64,000 nucleotides of DNA. Source: Naegleria gruberi (Eukaryota). The position numbers and the translations under genes were made by a program. The stretch lies in assembly GCA_000004985.1 (NCBI GenBank), contig GG738933.1; one strand, 5' to 3'. The first letter of the stretch is position 1. Each line of letters opens with the position of its first letter. Of this stretch, positions 42,144-53,525 are shown piece by piece. The notes beneath the pieces were generated by a model. The model was not told the DNA's origin. It made no database searches and saw nothing but the letters and a program-made list of their open reading frames with translations.

Positions 42144-44903
42144 TCATTGTTGGTTTCCTTTATTCAATCTTCTCATAATCTTAACCAACAGTTTGGGTGA
42201 TACATGCTCAAAAGCTTCGTCTGGGTAGGTTTGCAAAATGATTGTGGCATATTTGCTGGCAAACTCTACCAAATGTTTTCCAAATAAAGTTACAAACTCG
42301 TCATTTTGATTTTCCTCTCTAGAATAACAGCTTGCCATCAATATAAAGCTCTCCACTGTGATATAACCCTCAATAGAATTAATAATATGATTTGATAATT
42401 CTGGAAATCCAAATATCCGCGACAAGTTCAGCAAGGGAAGTAAAAGATGAACTGGAGGATCTTCCCACAACCCATAACAAAATTTGAGTAAAATTGTGCA
42501 AATCTCCATCAAGGTATTTGGATCTATAGTTTTCCCATCAATACCATTAAGTTTTGCAATTTCTGGCTGTATGCAGTGGATCAAATTGAAATTTGTAGCG
42601 TGTATCATGGCTTTCAATTCAGAAAGTAATGAACAACGTGAACAAATAACTGTCTTGTGTAGTCTCATATGTTTTTCCTCGGTTAAGAATATATTAATGT
42701 CAGTATTTACAGCATTGTAGTGCAATTTTTGAAGAGCAATACGAACGTTTGGCTCACTCACAGGATTCAATATTGGAATGTTGAGCTTGAATTTTGATAA
42801 TTGATCGGCAGAGAGGAAGAATTTGAACTTGTTCAGCCTTCCAGCAAAGCAAATATGATTTTCACCATAGCATCTAACAATATCAAAACAATACTTTAGA
42901 GCATAGTGAAGCAATGCGTCGTCAGCTATTTGGACTTTCTCGTACAGGCATTCTATAGTTGTACTAATGTTAAGTGGTGAAAGCTTGTCAATTAGAATAT
43001 TTACAAGACAACTCTTGAGCTGAATAAATGTATCTCTGAAAAAGGATAATACATAGATGATTTCCACAATCTCCACAGTATCCAGAGTCATTATTGGTTT
43101 GGAATAGAGTAGAATATCTATCAAATTCTGCACATGTTTTAAATTGGATTCCTTATCATCTTTGACTAATTTTTCTAGAATTGATACAAAATCTGGTGCA
43201 ATAAAGGGAAGAATTGGGCCAAATGCTATACACTGCAATCTATCGTTAAAGTCCTGACTGTATTTGTGCAGAGGTATCGATGAATATCTACTAGAAGGAG
43301 AGTAGTATACCATTGGATTATTATCTTTGCATACTACACGATTAACATAAAAATTACCACTAGTGTCCACAACCTCAAACACTGATCTCTTCTTTTCTCC
43401 ACAACAAACAACTTCATGAAGACATGTTATAGCAAATGTACAATTTTTACCACTCGAAAAATCAATAAAAGGAATTCTCGAAGGAACCTTTTCAAAAGCT
43501 TCTCTATTGTTAAAATCTCCCAAACCTAGCTGTCCACACGAATTATCGCCACATACCCACAATTCTCCCATACTATTGAGAATGCATGTATTTGTCGTGC
43601 AGTCGATTTTTTGAATCGTGCCATACGTCCAGTTAATAACATTGGCCCCTGTTGTCATTGTTTGTTTACATGCAAGCTGTCCCAAATTGTTATTACCTCC
43701 CAAGACCAATTTTGTAGCTCCTTCTGCTGTTGTAATATGAACTACATAATGTTCCAATCCTAGATGAAAGTTTTCCACTCGATCATTCTTGGCTATATTT
43801 TCCAAGACCATAAATTCATTAGTTACACTAGTTTTCAAATAAATATGATTATTTTCAGTTAGAAAGGCAACATGGCCGTATCCAACAAATATTCTCTTTG
43901 GAATAATGTTTGGAGTTGGTAGGTCTTTCTTGGGCACTTTGGTAAATTTTCCAACACTGAAAGAAGCCCAAATTTCATCCTCTGTCGACAGGTAGTACCT
44001 AGTAACACCTCTTCCCTCTGCAATAATTTTCGGAGTAAATGGAAGAGTAATCTTTTTCAAGTTTTTCAAATCATTGTTCAATTCTTCCGATGAAATTGGA
44101 GTGCACTCAAAGAGCTCATTCTTAATTGTTTGAAGAAATATATAGGAAGAACTGTAAATTTCCTTAATTTCCTCTCCTTTTAAGATTTGTTTCAGGTTGA
44201 CACTTCTATTAATGGTTGGTCTACTTAGCCCTTTCAGTGTTTGTTTGGAACAACACATGATTGTGAAAGGACGTTCCAAATCATCAACTACCAATTGATT
44301 ACTATTTGTATTTACACCATTCGGATCCGAATCATCAGCTGTAGAGAAGGACGGAATAACAACATTCTGTCTTCCTTGTGAATTTTCTGATTTCATTTGG
44401 GAAGAACTGGACAAGATTGGACTCGAATTTGCTTCCACACCTCTCCTCGAAGAACTCCCTAGCGAAGGAGAACCATTCATCAGTACAGGACTGCTCACTG
44501 TAGTTGTTGCTGCTGATGTTTCCTTCATCTTCTTTGATGGTGTGCTGCTCTCCAATCGTTCTTGATGATTATTACTATTATTATCGGATGATGATGAAGG
44601 CAAGGATCTCTTTCTTGTATTCTCATGATTATTAAAAGAAGGAATAACAACAGGGGGAGTGTTATTAACTACAGCAGAAGTAGACGGAAGAATAGAAGAG
44701 GCTGATGATGAAGCCTTCTTCTTCTTTTCCTTTTGATGATCAATAACACCAATAATTTCAACACCCTGCGAGGATGAACAAATCTCATCGACATCATAAT
44801 CGTCCAAATTAATATCTAACTCATCTTCTTCATCTTCCAAATCAATTGTTGCTATAGGAGTTTGTGATTTTGTATTATTTAGTGATGATGAATGTGGTAG
44901 CAT
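42144..44903 (-). CDS. RCC1-repeat protein with a C-terminal BTB-like region (RCBTB-like architecture). The track start is TTG; the first ATG is at 44903.
   Basis: LVLGGNNNLGQLACKQ and WVCGDNSCGQLGLGDF are RCC1 blades. DINIFLTEEKHMRLHKTVICSRCSLLSEL is BTB-like. Confidence 0.6.
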   Translation of the reverse strand: MLPHSSSLNNTKSQTPIATIDLEDEEDELDINLDDYDVDEICSSSQGVEIIGVIDHQKEKKKKASSSASSILPSTSAVVNNTPPVVIPSFNNHENTRKRSLPSSSSDNNSNNHQERLESSTPSKKMKETSAATTTVSSPVLMNGSPSLGSSSRRGVEANSSPILSSSSQMKSENSQGRQNVVIPSFSTADDSDPNGVNTNSNQLVVDDLERPFTIMCCSKQTLKGLSRPTINRSVNLKQILKGEEIKEIYSSSYIFLQTIKNELFECTPISSEELNNDLKNLKKITLPFTPKIIAEGRGVTRYYLSTEDEIWASFSVGKFTKVPKKDLPTPNIIPKRIFVGYGHVAFLTENNHIYLKTSVTNEFMVLENIAKNDRVENFHLGLEHYVVHITTAEGATKLVLGGNNNLGQLACKQTMTTGANVINWTYGTIQKIDCTTNTCILNSMGELWVCGDNSCGQLGLGDFNNREAFEKVPSRIPFIDFSSGKNCTFAITCLHEVVCCGEKKRSVFEVVDTSGNFYVNRVVCKDNNPMVYYSPSSRYSSIPLHKYSQDFNDRLQCIAFGPILPFIAPDFVSILEKLVKDDKESNLKHVQNLIDILLYSKPIMTLDTVEIVEIIYVLSFFRDTFIQLKSCLVNILIDKLSPLNISTTIECLYEKVQIADDALLHYALKYCFDIVRCYGENHICFAGRLNKFKFFLSADQLSKFKLNIPILNPVSEPNVRIALQKLHYNAVNTDINIFLTEEKHMRLHKTVICSRCSLLSELKAMIHATNFNLIHCIQPEIAKLNGIDGKTIDPNTLMEICTILLKFCYGLWEDPPVHLLLPLLNLSRIFGFPELSNHIINSIEGYITVESFILMASCYSREENQNDEFVTLFGKHLVEFASKYATIILQTYPDEAFEHVSPKLLVKIMRRLNKGNQQ

Positions 44904-45212
44904 CTCTTTATCCTCCAACCTATTTAGTTTAATAGTAGCAGTACAACAACACAATAACAAGCCTGGAAATTACATGAGCGGCAAGGAGAACTAGCCGTTG
45001 CTTATTTTTGTTTGTTTTTTTATTAAAATTTTTTTAAATTCAAAAAAAATATCAGTACAATTGTCTTCCACTTCTTCGTCTCTTGATTGTCAACATGTAT
45101 TAGCTTACTAGAAGAAGTTTGCAGATTGGGATGTACTTTTGACATGATTCTCTTGTTGGAATTTTACCTTCTCAATTTTGATGTTTGTTGTTATCATCAA
45201 GATGGCAAATAA

Positions 45213-47044
45213 TTACTGGTCGGGCAGGAAGGAAATTGGTGAATCATATCTAATGTTGAACAATTGATGAATCTCCTCATAATTGATATATCCTTCAAAT
45301 GTATCGGCATTGGTTCCTTCCATTATTGGATGAGCAACATTATTAAAGTTTGTCAAAAAGCTATTCACATTATGTTCGTATTCCAATCTTTCCTTCTTCC
45401 TCTCTTCTGTATTAATGTTGGTTTCAGAGGCTCCATTTTGATTGTTGCCATTGGTTATGAATTGGAAAAAGTCCTTTGTTGTGGTCATGTTTTCAAACTC
45501 GGTGAAATCGTGATTATTGCTACTGGTCTCAGTGTTAGTGTTGGTTTTGGAGATTAGCTCAGATAGGGCATTATAAAATTGTTTTCTCTCAATGATGGCT
45601 TCCATTTCTTTCATCATTGATGCATGCACTAGATTGACCTTTTTGAAACGTTTGGCCATTGTTTTGATGGCTCTCAAATCCTTTGCCAATACTTGAAAGT
45701 AATCAATTGGTCCAAGAGGAGAAGCAGCATCACAATTCTTCCTCTCACCAAGTTCAATTGATTTAGCAATGTGGAGATGAACCTTACATGCTACTGCAAT
45801 TGGAGTTACAATAAATGAGGGACAAAAGATAAAGTGATCTGACTCGGATTTCATTGTAATTTTCATTGCTGAATCCTCAATCATATCCTTTCCACGATTG
45901 AGTTCGCTGAGAACCCTAATACGAATTCCATGATAAATATATTCAGCCAGCTCATCATATAATCTCAATCTCTTGATATTTCCAGAGTCTTTCAAGTGTA
46001 TTCTTCCAACAGAAATCATTGCATCAATCATGTTAATTACAACGAGGCAATTATCATAGGTAAGGTCTTGATTGATTAAATCTTTCCAAGCTAATGGAAG
46101 AGTAATTCCCAAATACTTTTCATAAATATCATACCAATCGTGAAGGATTGTTTTTAGAGAAGTTTCACTCCTCGATTCAGTTGTTAAAAATTGCTTGCAT
46201 TTCCTCAAATTCTTTTGATATTTAGTCATTGACTTTTCGTCTTCCTGCAATTCATCGAAATAAAAATCCAAACATCTCACATAGAATCGAGCATTTCTAA
46301 AACGTCCACATCCAATTTCATAACTTGCCAGATGTGCATACGCACACGCCACATAAAAATTAGATTCATCAAAGAGTTTGCTGAGCTCTTCTCTTGCTTG
46401 AACAGCAGTTTCTTCAGCTCCAGCAAAACACAAGCTTTGTTCTAATTGAGCTTTGAGACAAAGTGACATGGCAATAATTTCTCTCTTGTTGGGCAGATTT
46501 TCATCGGCATGGGAAAAGAGAAATCTCTCCAAATCATTTCTCTCAATCGTGTGACAATCATCAAACAAATCCGAATAATAAATATCCAATAATCTTGTCC
46601 AATTTAAATGAGTTTGATCCAATACAGGTCTTTGAACTGGTTCATAAGGAATAGCACCAGATGGAGTAGAATGTGAAGATCCACTCGATGGAGGAGATGA
46701 AACAATCTTTCCACTCGATTGACTCTTTTTCATTTCAAATTCCTTTCTCTTAGATACTCTTCCTTTCTTCTGTGGAGCATCATAAACACATTCTACACCT
46801 CTCCATTGGCACCCACTTGAAAAATTCAATATAATTTTCATCGTTGTAATGAAAAATCAAATTCCAACAATTTTACAAACCTGCATGCTGGTAATTCCTT
46901 ACTACAAACTTTATGCAACTTTTTACAGTGCCTACAACTGATTGGATGAAACTTGGCTTCATTCAATGTAACCTCTCCAGTGGCTGCAGGATTATCCAAT
47001 GAATCATGATCGGATAAAGAGGACGATGATTTATTTCCTTCCAT
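45213..47044 (-). CDS. Zn(II)2Cys6 (Gal4-type binuclear cluster) transcription factor. Two exons; intron 46816..46880 splits the zinc cluster.
   Basis: The spliced product gives CRHCKKLHKVCSKELPAC|SGCQWRGVECVY, which is C-x2-C-x6-C-x6-C-x2-C-x6-C, followed by basic GRVSKRKEFEMKK. Compare Gal4 [30 protein letters not shown]. Confidence 0.7.
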
Positions 47045-47891
47045 TTTCCATATAAAAATTTCCAACTCTAATTAAATCTAATTTATAATAAATTTTAACT
47101 GAAGGAATTGAAAAATAGTTAGAATAACAAGCTGGGACAAGAAGGAAAAGAAGAATCCCTCAGTGATGATTGTTTGGTTTTTTTTGTTTTGTTATTTGGA
47201 ACTTGTTTTGTGGCGGGTATATTCCAAAAGGAGGTTGGAGATTTTGAGCGGGTTCATTGGACGGATTGTTTTTTTAATCTCCTCGAATGGAATTGGAAGA
47301 TGAAAGAATGGATTCTGTTGACAGAATTCAGTGGTGATGTTGCTGATAATGTGTTGCACATTTCTTAATTCCTTGGTAGTCAATTTTGAGGAGAATTTGC
47401 AGTTTCGAATAATGATAAACTTGTTGAAAGAAAATGAAGAAAAGCGAAAATCAGTTCACTGTTCTAAACATTAAGCAACATATGATAAAATATAAAAGGA
47501 ACGACCTGGAGGAATGATTCCAGCACAGCAATCTTGGCCAGGTTTCCACTCAGCTATGAAAGCTGTTAACAATTTTAAATTTAAAGTGTTTGCCGATAGA
47601 TCACTAGAAACATTCCCAAATATCAATGATCCCAAACAACGATCATGAATGGCCAATATTAAAGTATATTGCTCAAGTTTTGGTTCCAAACAATTTGATA
47701 ATTATCTATTTTTACATATTATAATAATCCATTCAATTAATATATTGAGTTACATCCATGTTCCAATATTGTAAACAATTTAACAAGTTAATAAATTAAT
47801 TATTTGATCATCATCATTGTAGTGGTATTATAATTCTTATCAATTAAATTCTTTTAATTTTTTATTTTTTAAAATTCCTAATTTTCAAAAC

Positions 47892-48446
47892 TTATTTTGA
47901 TGGTTGTTTTGGTTCCTTTCCTTTCAAATTTTCACTCAAGAGTTTTGGCATTTTGAAAACAAGCCAATAATACATGACAGCATCCAAAATCCACAAAATA
48001 TAACTTCCAATTCCACCAACGAACTTTAACTTGGAATTTGGCCATTCTTGCATGGTTTCATGGAAGATAACAGCTGACACATAACCAACAATGAATTCAG
48101 TAACATATCCAGCAGTTCCAGTAATTACAAATCCCAACCAAATGTTAATCTTTTTTGGAATTAAGAAAAAGTAATAAATGGTGAAAAATAAAATTGGCAT
48201 TATGGCCCATGATTTGACAGAATCGAATGTAAAATAATTGTATGGAGAGGTTGGGTAGATCCATCCGTAACTATTAATGATCAATTTCATGTTAATTTGT
48301 TGTTAAATTGTTTACAATTATTGTAAATTATGTAATACAAACCTTCCAGTAACAAGGAGGTATAAATTGTTTTGGATCAACTCGACGAACCAATAGACGA
48401 ATGGAATGTAGGTAAGCTGGCAGAGAACTGAAGTGATGAAAGCCAT
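47892..48446 (-). CDS. Small multi-TM protein. Two exons; intron about 48291..48341 (GTTTGT...AG).
   Basis: Exon 1 MAFITSVLCQLTYIPFVYWFVELIQNNLYLLVTG splices in frame to SYGWIYPTSPYNYF.... Four hydrophobic helices. Confidence 0.45.
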
Positions 48447-48898
48447 TTTTTTTTGTGTTTTTTTTGTAAATATTTGTCAACACAATGTGAAAATGTCAAA
48501 AGTCGTGAATTAACACGATTCTTTTTGGACAAGTCTTTCCAAAACAACCAAGATTGCAGCCATCATACAATCACTGATAAATGGACCGCCTCTGTGAAAT
48601 ACAATATTTACAGGAAACTTTACAATGTTTAATACAACCATGATTAAATTACACAGTTGACTACAGTGCTCTTTACAATGACACATTGGCAACATGCAAC
48701 TTTCCAAATCAGCACATGTTTTTATGTTGTTCTTGTTAACTTCCACAGAAAATCAACAATAATGACGAAGAATAACATTCAAAAAAAAATAGACGAAATT
48801 GGCCTATTCTAATTCACGCTATTTTGTCAAACATTTATTAGGATTGGAAAACTATTCTAAAACAACATGATGGAAAGTAAGAAGGAAGTTTTCCCTGA

Positions 48899-50272
48899 TA
48901 TATCGTATTCGAAATAATTTCCTTTCTTTTCAATGATGACAATTTATATTGGAAAGAAAATTTATTAAATTGTGCATTAATTTCAAAACAATGGTTGAAA
49001 ATCATCAAGGAACGAAAAGATCTTTCTCTGATCATGATTGACAAACCAATTTCGAATCGATTAATGAATTTGACTAATAGTCAATTCTTGAAATGTTTTA
49101 CAAAAATTCAATTTATTTGTGTTTCGATAGAGATGATGAATTTTATGAAAGTTTTCGAAAGAATGGAAAGATTGAATGAACTTACACTTGAAACAAATGA
49201 TACTAGCAGTAGTATTGAGGCGATTAGTGAGATGAGACAGTTGACTAAATTGGGAATTAATGGAATTCAAGATAATGATATGAGACAGATTGGCATGATG
49301 AGTCAGTTGACTGAACTAGATATTGAGAGGTGTGATATTAGTGGAGAAGGAATCAAATTTTTGATTGTAATGCCTCAATTGACCAGTCTTAACGGTGGTT
49401 ACAATTATTTACAATGTGGTGATGCCAAGCTCATTAGTGAAATGAGCAAATTGACCAAATTAGATATCAACACAAACGAAATAGGTACGGAAGGTGCAAA
49501 ATATATATCCACATTGAACCAATTAACTGAGCTCGATATTGGAAACAATAATATTTTGAGTGAGGGAGCAAAATTTATTAGAAACTTGAAGAATTTGGTC
49601 AAGCTCAATGTGGAAAGAAACAACATTGGAGACGAGGGTGCTAATTACATAAGCGAAATGAAACAGTTGACTGCTCTTGACATTGGATTCAACATGTTTG
49701 GTTTTGAAGGAATTAAAGCTATCAGTCAATTGAACCATTTGATAGAACTTTCTATACAAGGCAATGAAATAACTATTAATGGAGTGAAATTGATTACTGA
49801 AAAGAAGAATTTAACCTCTCTTAACCTTGGAAATATTTTCTACGATACAAAAACTCCTGAACTTTCACAACTTGTAAGCCAAATGCACCAATTGACCACA
49901 TTGGACATTGAAAATAATAACATTGGACCAGAAGTAGCAAATTTATTAGCAGAAATGAAAAATCTCAAACATCTCAACATTGCATTCAATAATATTGAAA
50001 AGGAAGGTCTATCTCACATTACTCAATTGACACAATTAACATCTCTTAATGTTTGTGGAAATCAAATAGATGATGAAGGAGCTAAAATTGTGAGCTCAAT
50101 GAAACAACTCTTAAAATTGAATATTGAGGAGAATTTTCTAAATGAGGGCGGATGTGAAACAATTATTGAGATGCCTCAATTGACACAACTTTATATTTCT
50201 TCCAATCGAATTGGAGAAAAACAAGTGGAAATGATTTGTGGAAAGAAAAATTTGAGAGATATAAGGATATAG
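48899..50272 (+). CDS. Leucine-rich-repeat protein (RNI-like LRRs) with an F-box-like N-terminus. The start is unresolved; the frame opens at 48899 without an ATG, and a possible 5' micro-exon ATGATGGAAAG|GTAAGA lies at 48867.
   Basis: More than 12 LRRs of the form LT.LDI..N.I..EGAK.IS.M. N-terminal LLNCALISKQWLKII resembles an F-box. Confidence 0.55.
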   Translation, partial: YIVFEIISFLFNDDNLYWKENLLNCALISKQWLKIIKERKDLSLIMIDKPISNRLMNLTNSQFLKCFTKIQFICVSIEMMNFMKVFERMERLNELTLETNDTSSSIEAISEMRQLTKLGINGIQDNDMRQIGMMSQLTELDIERCDISGEGIKFLIVMPQLTSLNGGYNYLQCGDAKLISEMSKLTKLDINTNEIGTEGAKYISTLNQLTELDIGNNNILSEGAKFIRNLKNLVKLNVERNNIGDEGANYISEMKQLTALDIGFNMFGFEGIKAISQLNHLIELSIQGNEITINGVKLITEKKNLTSLNLGNIFYDTKTPELSQLVSQMHQLTTLDIENNNIGPEVANLLAEMKNLKHLNIAFNNIEKEGLSHITQLTQLTSLNVCGNQIDDEGAKIVSSMKQLLKLNIEENFLNEGGCETIIEMPQLTQLYISSNRIGEKQVEMICGKKNLRDIRI

Positions 50273-50364
50273 ACTGTGGGCAGTGCCATTTATGCGTTGT
50301 TCCAACCATATGTTCTAATAAAGATTTAGATTGATCAGAACTAATCTATCCTAAACTTTAAAAA

Positions 50365-52146
50365 ATGTTTAAACGAAAGTTTGGCGTTATTAAAAGTAAA
50401 ATTTTAAACAGTGAGGAGTCTCAACCTGCCATCACTGATCAACAAACAAATATTGTCGGAAAACAATCTGGAATAATTTCCAAAATGTTTGGTGGAAATG
50501 TTTCGAATAGAAACGTTTCGTATAGTAATTGGCATAATATTGAATTAATTATTTTAAATATTTTACAATTTATCGGAGAAGGATTAAGAATTGATGAAAT
50601 TCTTGACTTTTCTCAAGTGTGTTCTTGTTGGAGAACAGTTTGCAAATTAGAAACAGTTTCGTTAACATTTTCGAATAGATTTACATACCTTGTTACGAAA
50701 CCAGTCAAATGTTATTCACTGGAGGGCAATTTCCCTAATCTAGAGTTCATTCAATTCTTTTCCAAAGCAGTTATTGAATTAGAAAGAGATGTTTCAATTA
50801 AAATTATTGAAAAGTTTACAAAATGTAAAGAATTAGAAATTAGATTTAATTGGAAACTTGATTGGAATTCAATAGAAAATAGTTTGGAAAGAATCGAGTC
50901 GTTGAAACTTGTTTGTAAATTTTGTGAAACAAATGATTCATGGATGAATCAAGTCACAAGAATTTTTCCAAATTTGAGACATTTGACAGTCAAATATTTA
51001 TACATGTCGAATAGATCAGTTGAAGTTCTCATCAATGATTTGTATCCCAAGTTGGAAAGTTGCAAAATTTATATTCATCATCAAAATACCGAATGCCCAA
51101 TTGAGAAATTATTAGATTCGAATAGATTATGTGAAAAAATGAAAGATTTCGCTTGTGTGTTTGATGATGGTTCCAAGACGACCTTAAAAATTCCAAATGA
51201 GAAGTATTTTCCAAATCTTGAATGTCTCTCTACTCAAACATCCTCTTCCCCAATTTCATTTCAAAATTTGGTAAAATTGCGAGTTCATTGCATTTCAATT
51301 TTGGAAAAGAGTAATCTTCCAAATTTGGAAGAATTGGAATTGAGGCCACGATCTCTCCCATTGGATGAAATTATAATTCCAAAATCTATGAATGCACCAA
51401 AATTGAAATTTATTTACATGAAAACTTTGAATGGTGGCTTGAAGAATTTTGATCAATTTACAAATTTGGAAAAATTAATTATTCACAGTTCATCTTCATT
51501 AGGAAAAACTCCATTGACCATTCTTGAAAATTTACCAAAACTCAATGATATAAGAATTTATTCATATTTTGGAGGTAATTCATTTTCAAAACTTTCCAAA
51601 CAAATCAAATTTACCAAATTAGTAATTAAACCAAAGTATGGGTATGATGAAAAACCTTATTTGGACATGGAGGATGTGAAATACATTTCAAAATTGGAAT
51701 CCTTACAATATTTAGAATTGAATGTAGCGGATCAGGAACAATTTGATATTCTAATCAATGCAAATTTACCAAATTTAACACAACTCAATTTCAATAATCA
51801 TTTGACAAGTGAAAATATCATTTCAATTTTACAATCTAAATTTCACAAACTCAAAACGTTGGGGATTACTCAAGCTGATAAGCCAATGATGAAATTATTT
51901 AAAAAATATTCACTTCCTAATTTGGATACTGTGAAATTTAGAAAGAGAAGAGCTTGTACTCCATTTAAAGCTTTGAAACCATTGTTGAAATCAAATTATA
52001 TTCGAAACATTAAGTATTATTGTGGAAAACGAGATTTACTCAAGTTGGAAAAGTTTTGTGAAAGAAATCAGAGAATCAAATTGGAATTGTTTAGTGAGGC
52101 AACCTCTGTTTATCCAAATTTTATTTGTAAAATTACTAAGATTTAG
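50365..52146 (+). CDS. F-box-like / LRR protein, 593 aa.
   Basis: N-terminal ELIILNILQFIGEGLRIDEILDFSQVCSCWRTVC (F-box-like); irregular LRRs through the C-terminus. Confidence 0.55.
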   Translation: MFKRKFGVIKSKILNSEESQPAITDQQTNIVGKQSGIISKMFGGNVSNRNVSYSNWHNIELIILNILQFIGEGLRIDEILDFSQVCSCWRTVCKLETVSLTFSNRFTYLVTKPVKCYSLEGNFPNLEFIQFFSKAVIELERDVSIKIIEKFTKCKELEIRFNWKLDWNSIENSLERIESLKLVCKFCETNDSWMNQVTRIFPNLRHLTVKYLYMSNRSVEVLINDLYPKLESCKIYIHHQNTECPIEKLLDSNRLCEKMKDFACVFDDGSKTTLKIPNEKYFPNLECLSTQTSSSPISFQNLVKLRVHCISILEKSNLPNLEELELRPRSLPLDEIIIPKSMNAPKLKFIYMKTLNGGLKNFDQFTNLEKLIIHSSSSLGKTPLTILENLPKLNDIRIYSYFGGNSFSKLSKQIKFTKLVIKPKYGYDEKPYLDMEDVKYISKLESLQYLELNVADQEQFDILINANLPNLTQLNFNNHLTSENIISILQSKFHKLKTLGITQADKPMMKLFKKYSLPNLDTVKFRKRRACTPFKALKPLLKSNYIRNIKYYCGKRDLLKLEKFCERNQRIKLELFSEATSVYPNFICKITKI

Positions 52147-52164
52147 TTTACTTTCTATTCGATT

Positions 52165-53306
52165 TTAAATTTCAAATATTTCATTCAGCATTTGATAAAC
52201 TTGTTCAGTTTTAAATGCAGATATTACATAATACTTGACAACTCTCCTCTTCACATCCAATTCCAAATACTTTTTCACGATAAACTCAACAATGCTTTCA
52301 ATACTCGTTTCGTCTCCTTTAAATTCTGAAACAAATCTCGAAAAGGAAATTCCCTTTTTAATCTTTTCTTCCAATACTTCAAATTTACTGAATATCAAAT
52401 AGAGTGTATGCTCTGAAACCAATGGGGATCCATACCATTCCTCAAAATTCGATAATCCTTCATTGAATCTTGGAGTAATGTCATCTTCATAACACAACTC
52501 ATCAAATTCACTTAGAGAAATGACGAATCCAATGTGGAGTTTTTGAGAGTAAGTATTATGGAGTCTGTTCCATTTGGAACGTTCGGTACGTTGTCCACCT
52601 GTTAGAGTATTCGAATTGTTGAGTTCATTAAAAATGTCAACTTACCAGTGTCAATAATTGCCTTTTTGTGATTGTTGACATATTTGAAGGGTGAAATTCC
52701 AGTTGTTTTGCGAGAAGCAAAGAAGAAATCATCAAAATTGAGTTGAAAATCATTTTTTAACAATCTTGAAGAGTTTTTCTTGTCAGTAAAATAATTAATA
52801 CTTTCCAAAAATGGAATTCTTTGCCTATTCTGGAATAATTCATTTTGAAATCCTTCATCTTGATACATTTGAAATATCAATTTTGCTAATTCATTGTTCC
52901 ACACACTCTCTGGAAAAAGAGAATACTCCTGACCAGAGAGTAGTTTCACCCTATTCAAATAATTATTCGAATTTTCCTTTTCCTTAAATTTCATTTCTAA
53001 TCCTTCAAAATTCAATAAACAAGATAAAAGCAACGAGTAAATATTTCTATTAAATCGATTAATATTACTTTCAATCCCAGCTCTCTTCAATATCGAAGCT
53101 GTCAAAAATCAAGTTCACCAAATGTGTCAATAATTCAACAACCTACTCTTTCCACACCCACCAGTCCCTATCAATGCCAAAATACAATCCGTTTCAGCAA
53201 TCACATTCTCAACAAGTGGTGATTTCACTTCAGGTTCCTCCACCATTGAAAAAACTTCACTTTCTGAACTTGGAAAGAATTTCAAGAGTTTTGTGAGTTG
53301 TTTCAT
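52165..53306 (-). CDS. Heterotrimeric G-protein alpha-subunit-like protein with degenerate guanine-specificity motifs. Three exons: 53147..53306, 52646..53098 and 52165..52598; introns 53099..53146 and 52599..52645.
   Basis: P-loop LIGTGGCGK|TSILK; switch I SRKTTGI; switch II IIDTG|GQRTERSKW (split across an intron); FLNKKD replaced by LIFSKFEVLEEKIKK; TCATDT replaced by ISAFKT. Junctions have GTAGGT and GTAAGT donors and preserve the frame. Confidence 0.7.
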
Positions 53307-53525
53307 TTTTTTTATTGCATTTTGTTAGGCGGTTAGTGCTGTTGTTGATGTGTAGTGAGAGAGATGAAATTTTTAAGTTTTTTCAGTGAAGATTTTTGTA
53401 GTTCAGTTCCATCACTGAACAGCAGACCCAAAAAAGGAAAAGTTTGACAAATAAAATGTTCATGTTTAAACAATTGTTTAAATTTATTACAATAATTGAT
53501 GGTTGTTTAAAAATTTATTAATTAT

